A DNA stretch of 64,000 nucleotides from an uncultured Solirubrobacterales bacterium (lineage in GTDB: Bacteria > Actinomycetota > Thermoleophilia > Solirubrobacterales > 70-9), in assembly GCA_963816785.1 (NCBI GenBank), contig CAWFLL010000003.1, forward strand, positions 11,889-75,888, written 5' to 3'. The notes beneath the pieces were generated by a model, which was given only the letters and a program-made list of their open reading frames with translations, was not told the DNA's origin and did no database searches. The first letter of the stretch is position 1. Every line of letters begins with the position of its first letter. Of the stretch, positions 55,397 to 61,928 are shown one piece after another. Position numbers and translations under genes: made by a program.

Positions 55397-55507
55397 GGAG
55401 GAGGCCGGGTCCGAAGGGCGGGAGGGGTTTCGACATGCGGATTACGTGTCCGCTCGCGGTCCCAATCCGTGCCTGAAAACGGGGGGGTGACAACGGGGTG
55501 ACAACGG
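55397..55507 (-). repeat. Degenerate eighth copy of the tRNA-3'-half-like repeat
   Basis: The + strand has GGAGGAGG...TTTCGACATGCGGATTACG...CAATCCGTGCC...GGTGACAAC-GG-GGTGACAAC. Same order and orientation as the other copies, but the T-arm is eroded. Confidence 0.4.
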
Positions 55508-55844
55508 CCCGACCGGAGATTGGCGCGCCGCACCCGGCCAGCGAAATCCCTTTCGGATGTGGGGCGCGATCCGGCTCGCCTGCAAGGGGACACGACCAGC
55601 GCACCGAGTCACGTCAACCTGACACGACGAGCAGCTACGGTCCGAAGCGTGGCGGAGAACCCAACGACAGGGCATCGGGCGAGCGTCGAGCGGATGTCCC
55701 ACGCCTGGGTCGCCGTCTGCGCGGACTGCCGATGGATGGGCGGCGACCACCGCCATCGCACTGCGTCTGAGCGAGAGGCCGAGATGCACCGACACGGCCA
55801 GCGGCCTCAATGGAGCATCCCGCAACACTCCCACCGCCCCTGAC

Positions 55845-57788
55845 CTAGATCCCCTCGGCTGAATCGCTCCTCGATTTCAGACTCTTCAAATAGGCGACGG
55901 TCTCGTCAACGGAGCAGATTCTCGGGACGCCCGTAGGGAACCACAGCGCGTCGTCTAAGGACCAGATGTATTCCACGCCGCCGGTACATACGAGGTATTC
56001 AACGGAGTCAATCCCCTCTGGAAGCTCGTAGTTTCGGCCCTGCGGATGGTCTTCAAGCACTCGGGCCAGCGAACGGGCCTTGTCCAGGTGCTTTTCAAGA
56101 TCCTTGCGCCGTCCGACCATTGCGCCGAATTCACCCCTGTCGATACGGAACCCATGTGAAAGGGCTTTGCACTCGACGACATACAGCGTATTTCCGATCG
56201 GTACGCCCACGTCGATCTCGCGCTCCACGGTGCCGTCCACCTTCAGACGCTTCTGTCGCTCCCATATCTCGAAGCCCGCCTCTTCCAGTCTGCCAGCGAC
56301 CTTGTCCTCAAAGTCAACAGCCTTGGCGAATCCAGCCGCTCCGTCGAGTGAGCCGACCGTACGCATTACGCCCGAAAGGGCGACCGGTAGCGATCCAAGA
56401 TCGACCGTGTAAAAACCGTCCCCTGGAACAATGATCTTGAAAGGCTGCCGATCCCACAACGAAATTTGCTCGAAATCGCTCTCGCTGTACATCCAAGCTG
56501 CGGCGGCAGCTGCGGTGGCTGAGACTGCCGACTCTTGCGTCAACTCTTCGCCGTCGCCGATCCCCTCCATCCACGATGGCAAAAAGTACGACACCTCGTC
56601 CACGAATCGGTCGAAGCTTTCATCAAGTACGGCGAAATAGCCGGTCCCGAGAATCTGGGTGGCAAACAATGGATTTTGTGTCATCGCGACCATCGTGTGC
56701 ATCCACAGGCTCCAAATAAATCCGAGCAGATGCGCCGCACGCACTCCAATTCGCTCTTCAAGCTCAGCGTCGAACAGCTGAAGAAACCCCAAAGCTCCTG
56801 CCAAGTCCCACGGGCTGAAAACGTAGTTCATCGGGTCTCTCAATCGGACCTTCCACATTCGTTCGTCCGTGGATGAGCTACGCCCCTCAATGTTGAGGGT
56901 CGGGATAAGAATGCCGGTCGTAAAATGCTCGGTCGCCTCGTCCAGCCCTTCAAAGTCGCCAAGTAGGACCGTGCCAGATGAGCTACCGAGGTCTCCGTGC
57001 GATTCGGCCCTTGCGTCCAGTGATCGCATCAGCGCCTGCTGTTCATCTGTTGCGTTTGCAAAGACTTCCTGATTTTCGATCTTCAATTCGGCCCCCTTCC
57101 CGACCCTGCGATAGCTCGCCGCGCCGCCCGAGTACGCCAGAGCCAACTCATCGAGTCTGTAGAGAGCCAATAGATCGTCGTCGGAAAGATCAGCCGGAAC
57201 CCGCCGCCCCCCAAAAGGTGTGTCCATCTCCGTGAACTCGGTGTCAAGTGGATCTGGGAGGCCATACTTCAGGATCGCGAGGGTCAGAATCCGTCTGTAT
57301 AGAAGGGTGGACCACTCTGGCATGTCTGCTTCCAACGTCACCACTGCTGGCTGGCGTCGAGTGAGATGGAGCCAGTAGGCGCGACTGTGACGACACGCGA
57401 TGCCCGCGATGCGATCCTCTATGTCGGCGAGGTAGGCATCCAGTACGGCGGCTGCCTCCCCTCCTGAAATGCCAGAGCCGACGGCACCTGCCCGCGCCTC
57501 ACGCGCTTGAACAACCGGTTCCTTTGCAAGGGCTTCGAAATCCGGGATCTCATGGATGCGTTGATTGATCCAGACAGCCACCCAATCAACCGAGATCGCG
57601 GCGGATGCTTTCCTTGCTACTTGTTCGGCAGATTCATCGGCATCCAGATGGCAGTGCTTGTACTTCTTGCCGCTACCGCAGTGGCAGGGATCATTTCTAC
57701 CTCGGTCAGTGTTCCCGTAGCGGGCGCTACCCGACAGCGGAGGCCGGTCGCGAGTGGATTGACACATCGCCGAGGCTAGGCCCCGCAC
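55845..57788 (-). CDS. SEC-C-motif protein with a large unknown middle region and a C-terminal PD-(D/E)xK (Mrr/NERD-like) nuclease-type domain
   Basis: N-terminal DPCHCGSGKKYKHCH (SEC-C zinc motif). C-terminal FEDKVAGRLEEAGFEI...EREIDVGVPIGNTLYVVECKAL (E...D...ExK). 647 aa, intact. Local GC about 52-57% versus about 70% in the core. Confidence 0.7.
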   Translation of the reverse strand: MRGLASAMCQSTRDRPPLSGSARYGNTDRGRNDPCHCGSGKKYKHCHLDADESAEQVARKASAAISVDWVAVWINQRIHEIPDFEALAKEPVVQAREARAGAVGSGISGGEAAAVLDAYLADIEDRIAGIACRHSRAYWLHLTRRQPAVVTLEADMPEWSTLLYRRILTLAILKYGLPDPLDTEFTEMDTPFGGRRVPADLSDDDLLALYRLDELALAYSGGAASYRRVGKGAELKIENQEVFANATDEQQALMRSLDARAESHGDLGSSSGTVLLGDFEGLDEATEHFTTGILIPTLNIEGRSSSTDERMWKVRLRDPMNYVFSPWDLAGALGFLQLFDAELEERIGVRAAHLLGFIWSLWMHTMVAMTQNPLFATQILGTGYFAVLDESFDRFVDEVSYFLPSWMEGIGDGEELTQESAVSATAAAAAAWMYSESDFEQISLWDRQPFKIIVPGDGFYTVDLGSLPVALSGVMRTVGSLDGAAGFAKAVDFEDKVAGRLEEAGFEIWERQKRLKVDGTVEREIDVGVPIGNTLYVVECKALSHGFRIDRGEFGAMVGRRKDLEKHLDKARSLARVLEDHPQGRNYELPEGIDSVEYLVCTGGVEYIWSLDDALWFPTGVPRICSVDETVAYLKSLKSRSDSAEGI

Positions 57789-57794
57789 CGGCGG

Positions 57795-59191
57795 CTAGGG
57801 CGGGCCGATGGAAATCTGTTTTGAGGAACTACCGGAACCTACGACCACTCTCACGGGCAGCAGGTGGCGGCGGGTGAGGAGTGCGAGCGCACGATCGTTG
57901 AGCCGCGCCAGAACTCCGCTCCGATCGTCAGCAGACAAATTGAAGCGGGCTGCCCCCAGCTTGAACCCCCGGATCAGACGGAGTTGACCCCGGCAGGTAT
58001 CAGTCGCCGATCCACCTTCGCAGGCCAGACGAACCTTGACCCATCGGCGGTGGACCCTTTTCCACTGACTATGCGGGCAGCGAGGGGCTTCGGGGTGATC
58101 CGGCCAACGATCCCCGGTTCCTTCGGAACCTGCATTGAGCAGGTGAGACCACCACCCATGCATGATCCTTCGCCCGATGCCGTGTACCAGACGTTGCCGT
58201 CGGGTCCCGAAGCGATAGCGATCGCTTCAGTGGGCTTGGGCAGTTTGATCTCAGTAATCCTCCCGTTGTTCGGGTTGATCCGACCGATCTTGCCGACCCC
58301 ATTGGTGAACCAAAGGCGGCCATCAGGCCCTGAAGTGATTGCCCCTGGATAGCTGGCACCGGGGGTCGGGTGCCCGTGCCGATACACCGGGTGGGGCAAG
58401 GGGAAGCTGGTCACTTCTCCTGAGGGAGTGATTCTCCCAATCGCCGGAGTAACGCCATCATTCAATGTGAACCAGAGGTTTCCATCCGGTCCGGTTGTGA
58501 TGCCCGAGCGCTGCTGGGTATTCGTGAGCGGAACCGGAAATGTTGTCGCCTGGCCATTGGGCGTGAAGCGGACGATCTCATCCCCATTTGTGAGCCACAG
58601 ATTGCCGTCGGGGCCAAATGTCATCGCAGGTTGGCTGACCCCCTTGCGACGTGGAATTGGCGGGAAGGTCATCTCTTCTCCGGTGGGTGTCAGGCGACCG
58701 ACAACGAGGTTGGAGGCTTCAAGCCCCCCGTTGCCTGAAAGAAGTCCAGTCGTAAACCAGAGGCTGCCGTCTGGCGCTGGGGTGAGAGCGGCGGGACTGA
58801 CTCCTGGCGTCGAATGTTCCGAAAGCTGGCCAAGCGGCGTGATCTGAGATACACCTGGTTCGCCCGTTGCGAACGAAAGAACGCCTCCCGGACCTCCAAC
58901 AATTGAGATGGGCGAGTTCGGGACAGGGAATCCCGTTATCGCACCGTCGGGCGTGATTCTGTTGATTTCACGTTCGAAGTGGCATGGACAATCAAGTCCG
59001 GATTTGCCCGGTTCCCCTGTCGAACTCCCGAACCACATGTTCCCGTCGGGGCCGGGGGCGATCGGCCCAACCTGCGAGGGAGCGCGGGGGAACTGGAACT
59101 GGGCGATCCCATCCGGCTTGGCGCTCGCATTCCCCGCCAGTACGGCCAGGGCCACGAGCGGCACAAGGGCTGTCCCGATTCTCCATTTCAT
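57795..59191 (-). pseudogene. Secreted Vgb (virginiamycin B lyase)-like beta-propeller repeat protein, one frameshift near the C-terminus
   Basis: Start ATG 59191 (MKWRIGTALVPLVALAVLAGNASA). Repeated GPDGNLWFT/GPDGNMWFG/GPDGRLWFT blades. Frame break near 58046, then VKVRLACEGGSATDTCRGQLRL... (frame of ORF 57795..58163). Low GC. Confidence 0.7.
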
Positions 59192-59304
59192 TGACCAGAC
59201 TCCCGCATGGCTCCGCTGGTGGCATGCGGCATCCACTTAGAACCACAACACGAAATCATGTTCATTGTTCCGGACGACGCCCCCCGGGAACGGTTGACCC
59301 CGAG

Positions 59305-59853
59305 CTACTCGGGATCTCCGAGGCCGTCAGGTGGCGGGGGCAATGACTCGCGGACCTCCTCCTCGATCGCGATCCCGTCCAAGATCACGCCCCGGGCTTT
59401 CAACTCCCTCTTGATCTCCTCAAAAGACCGGCGACCCACAATCTGCGTCGGCTGATCCGCGAGCAATTGGCTCTTATCGCGGTTGACCGCCGCAGCGACG
59501 ATCACGTTCCGGACACCGCCCGGCAGGTCGCGGACCGGGATTCCCTCGACCTCTCGGGCAAGCCGCTCCGTCATCGCCTCCGATACCTCTAGCTGACGAT
59601 CCGCAAGGGCGGAATGCCGGTCCGCAGCCGATGCCCGGAGCGCCGGGAGAACTTGGCTACGGACCCGTTCATATCGGGCGGCGTGGGTCTTCGATCGCCA
59701 GTAGCGCAGGGTCCGCCCGTCGATCTGCAACCCATCCTCGGCGAGCAACCTCGCCGCCTGGTCGCCGTTGCCGGAGCATTCGGCGAGACAAAGCAACGCC
59801 CGCTCGACCTCCTCATCTCCGAACGTCGGTCGGGGCTTGCCTGGTAGGGCCAC
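59305..59853 (-). CDS. Hypothetical protein with a possible N-terminal HTH (terminase-small-subunit-like, speculative)
   Basis: 182-aa ORF. NGDQAARLLAEDGLQIDGRTLRYWR looks like a helix-turn-helix. No firm family recognised. Confidence 0.4.
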   Translation of the reverse strand: MALPGKPRPTFGDEEVERALLCLAECSGNGDQAARLLAEDGLQIDGRTLRYWRSKTHAARYERVRSQVLPALRASAADRHSALADRQLEVSEAMTERLAREVEGIPVRDLPGGVRNVIVAAAVNRDKSQLLADQPTQIVGRRSFEEIKRELKARGVILDGIAIEEEVRESLPPPPDGLGDPE

Positions 59854-59926
59854 AGGCGCGTTTACCGCGGAAAGTCTCGGACTGACGGGTGCCGTTCGGG
59901 GTTCCAGCGGTTTCCAGACCTGACGC

Positions 59927-60343
59927 TCACTCGGCCCCTTCGCTGACCCGCCCCGCTACCTCGGCGTCCTGGGCGTACTCGGCTTCCTCCATCGTCTCCC
60001 GCATCACGGCGTGCCGATCGTCGTCGTTGCTCAGATCACGGTTGAGAACTCGGTCGTAGCTCTCTTTCACGTCGGGGGGGCCGGTCCCGGCTTGATCCTG
60101 CGCGAGGGCGTTTATCTCTTTCGCGGTCAGTTCGCGCCCAAGATCCCGCTCCAACCTGACCGCTTGTGCGCTGAACTCGGCTGCGTCCTGCGTGGGTTCG
60201 TCGGCCTGTTCAAGGTCGGCTGCGACTTGTCTCGCGACCAACTGGTACTCCTCGCCGTAGTCCCCGTCCAACGCTGCTTCAAGGTCGGGCAGATCCGAGA
60301 ACTCGAAAACCTCCCCGTCCATTTCGTAGGTCATGGCGCTCAT
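59927..60343 (-). CDS. Acidic hypothetical protein
   Basis: 138-aa ORF, strongly D/E-rich. Its start overlaps the stop of the upstream ORF (ATGA-type junction at 60340-60343). Confidence 0.45.
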   Translation of the reverse strand: MSAMTYEMDGEVFEFSDLPDLEAALDGDYGEEYQLVARQVAADLEQADEPTQDAAEFSAQAVRLERDLGRELTAKEINALAQDQAGTGPPDVKESYDRVLNRDLSNDDDRHAVMRETMEEAEYAQDAEVAGRVSEGAE

Positions 60344-60552
60344 GCTGCGACCTCCTCGGTCAGCGCCGCTCGTGCGGCGATCGCCTGGTCAAGATCGGTC
60401 CCGATCGTTTTCCAACGCCGCCGGCCATCCTCGCGCCAGGTGACCTCAAAGGTCCGGCCATCCTCGGAGTCCTTGAAGTAGATGCCTTCATGCCCCGGTA
60501 GCCGTTTCCGGCGTGGAGGCTCGGATGGCTTATCTGAGGGCGGGGCGATCAT
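60340..60552 (-). CDS. Small protein resembling the N-terminal arm-type DNA-binding domain of tyrosine integrases; no catalytic domain
   Basis: GHEGIYFKDSEDGRTFEVTWREDGRRRWKTIGTDLDQAIAARAAL follows the G-I/V-Y-x-R/K...G-K/R-R-x-x-K/T...EA pattern of integrase arm-binding domains (pattern recognition only). The frame stays open upstream (LRAEVASKDGQIRHLQT). Confidence 0.4.
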   Translation of the reverse strand: MIAPPSDKPSEPPRRKRLPGHEGIYFKDSEDGRTFEVTWREDGRRRWKTIGTDLDQAIAARAALTEEVAA

Positions 60553-61186
60553 CGTTTGAAGGTGTCTGATCTGGCCGTCCTTTGAGGCGACCTCCGCCCG
60601 TAGCTCGGCTGCCTCGACGGACAGGGGTGTCCCGCTCCTCTATTGCCCGTTTCGCGGCGTTTGTGGCCTCTCGTGCGCTCTGAGCCTCAGCTATGGCCGT
60701 AGCCGCCTCTCGGCTCGTCTTCTCGCCTCTCTCCCCGGCGTGTGCGAGGGCGTCCTCGACGGCGACGACGACAAGCTCGTCAAGGGTCGCGGACGGCAGC
60801 GGCGCGGGGCCATCGACTCCGAGCCGCCCGAAAAGTTCGGCCTGCGACGGCCCCACGGCGTACTCAACTCCGCTCGCGCCGACGCTGCCGTTCAGGGCGT
60901 AGAGGGCGACGATTCGCAAGTCCTCCTGCGGTCGAGCCTCGACGTACTGGGCGAAGGTTCGGAGGCTCTCGACGTGGCGCGCACCGTCGCCACCTAGCGC
61001 GGCTTCGGCGGCGTCGGCTTGGCCGCGAACATGTCCCGCGATAGCCGGAGCCAGTCCGTCGCTGCCCGCTCGTCGGTTGAGGGTCGTTTCGGCCTCGCTG
61101 GCCATGCCTCGAAGGTAGCCGGTCGCCGCACCACCACTGCGACGGTCTGGGGTTCCGGAGCGGGTCGCGAGCGGGTGCGTTGTCAC
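60530..61186 (-). CDS. Hypothetical protein (possibly continuous with 60340..60552 through a frameshift)
   Basis: 218-aa ORF. A more likely start is the internal MASEAETTLNRR. The tail becomes Arg/Gly-rich near 60620, where the neighbouring frame looks coding. Confidence 0.35.
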   Translation of the reverse strand: MTTHPLATRSGTPDRRSGGAATGYLRGMASEAETTLNRRAGSDGLAPAIAGHVRGQADAAEAALGGDGARHVESLRTFAQYVEARPQEDLRIVALYALNGSVGASGVEYAVGPSQAELFGRLGVDGPAPLPSATLDELVVVAVEDALAHAGERGEKTSREAATAIAEAQSAREATNAAKRAIEERDTPVRRGSRATGGGRLKGRPDQTPSNDDRPALR

Positions 61187-61237
61187 TTTGTTGTCACTTT
61201 GGCCTTAGTGCCGATTTCCGACACTTCTCGGAGAACG

Positions 61238-61259
61238 AAAAAACCCCGCCTGAGCGGGG
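61238..61259 (-). terminator. Intrinsic terminator 11 nt downstream of repeat copy 7
   Basis: Minus strand CCCCGC-TCAG-GCGGGG, a perfect 6-bp stem, followed by TTTTTT. Confidence 0.7.
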
Positions 61260-61270
61260 CTTTCTCTCGA

Positions 61271-61441
61271 TGCCGGAGGAGGGACTCGAACCCCCGACAC
61301 GCGGATTATGATTCTGCGCCGGGAGTTGTGGCTGTTTGCGGCTGTTCGGGGATTTCCCGCTAATCGGCGGTTTTCGCCGTTTCGGACGTCCCGCCGTTTG
61401 CGGCTGTTTGCGGGTGTTGTGTTGCCACCCCGTTGCCACCC
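61271..61441 (-). repeat. tRNA-3'-half-like repeat, copy 7 (long, divergent distal half, 171 nt)
   Basis: The core is identical to copies 1, 3 and 6. The distal direct repeats are GTTGCCACC-CC-GTTGCCACC (+ strand). Three CAGCCGCAAA motifs. ATTAGCGGG hairpin. No CGGAT partner for ATCCG. Confidence 0.85.
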
Positions 61442-61496
61442 TGGTCGCCGCCAAGCCATTCCTGTGGCGACCACAGAGGCCGTGGCTGGGGTGCGG

Positions 61497-61814
61497 TCAG
61501 CCCTCGGCCGCGTTGCGCAGCGCGTTGACTAGCAACTGCTCGGCTGGAATGCCGGTGAGGCCGTCCGGAGTGCGGTAGAGGCGGCACTTGAGGCCGTAGT
61601 CCTGGCGGTCATCGGCTTGGGGTTCAATGTCGCGGCCGTTGACGCGGATCGTGGGGGAGCCCAGGAATCGCTCGCGCTCAGCATCCTCGGGTGTCTCGAC
61701 CGACCGCAGCTCGATCTTATCTTCGAACCCCTCGCTGGCGAGCACCTCCCGCATAGCGGGAAGCATCGCCTCATAGCCCGGGCAGCCGTCGAAGTAGAGA
61801 AGCTCGACCTTCAT
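61497..61814 (-). CDS. Thioredoxin-fold small protein (DGCPG motif)
   Basis: MKVELLYFDGCPGYEAMLP...FLGSPTIRVNGRDIEP. 105 aa. Adjacent to the heavy-metal ATPase remnant. Confidence 0.6.
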   Translation of the reverse strand: MKVELLYFDGCPGYEAMLPAMREVLASEGFEDKIELRSVETPEDAERERFLGSPTIRVNGRDIEPQADDRQDYGLKCRLYRTPDGLTGIPAEQLLVNALRNAAEG

Positions 61815-61928
61815 TGCGCGGTGAGTAGCTGGCCGAAAAGGGCGCGGCCTGCGTCGGCGGCCTGGGTTCGTCGATGACTGCCGCTAGACAGCGGCTTGAC
61901 GATGCTTAGGAGTAGCGCGTTGGTGATC

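Larger units (their letters stand above)
52001..61441 (-). mobile_element. Decayed integrated replicon-like element(s) bounded by repeat copies 6 and 7 and split by degenerate copy 8
   Basis: Contains primase, RepA-like ATPase, RNase H, an arm-domain remnant and low-GC cargo. Most genes are frameshifted or truncated. No integrase, excisionase, capsid or conjugation genes were recognised. Confidence 0.5.

Noticed and set aside
55520-55843. 107-aa plus-strand ORF between degenerate repeat copy 8 and the SEC-C gene
   Set aside because: The N-terminal half is Arg/Thr-rich and overlaps the repeat remnant. Only the last 49 codons (from ATG 55694, MSHAWVAVCADCRWMGGDHRHR...) look protein-like. There is no RBS or recognised family, so the evidence is too weak to annotate.
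41851-61441. Calling the repeats tRNA genes or tRNA pseudogenes
   Set aside because: Only the variable loop, T-arm and 3' acceptor strand are present. I could not fold a D-arm, and the would-be anticodon loop is 10 nt or longer. The apparent 5' acceptor match in copy 3 (GCCGCAG, 6 of 7 pairs) corresponds to the direct-repeat region in other copies, so it is probably coincidental. tRNAscan-SE should confirm this.
41851-61441. CRISPR array or integron attC array
   Set aside because: The units are 80-175 nt and are separated by 0.8-5.8 kb of genes, so this is not a repeat-spacer structure. There are no RYYYAAC/GTTRRRY attC ends, no cas genes and no intI gene, and cargo orientation is mixed.
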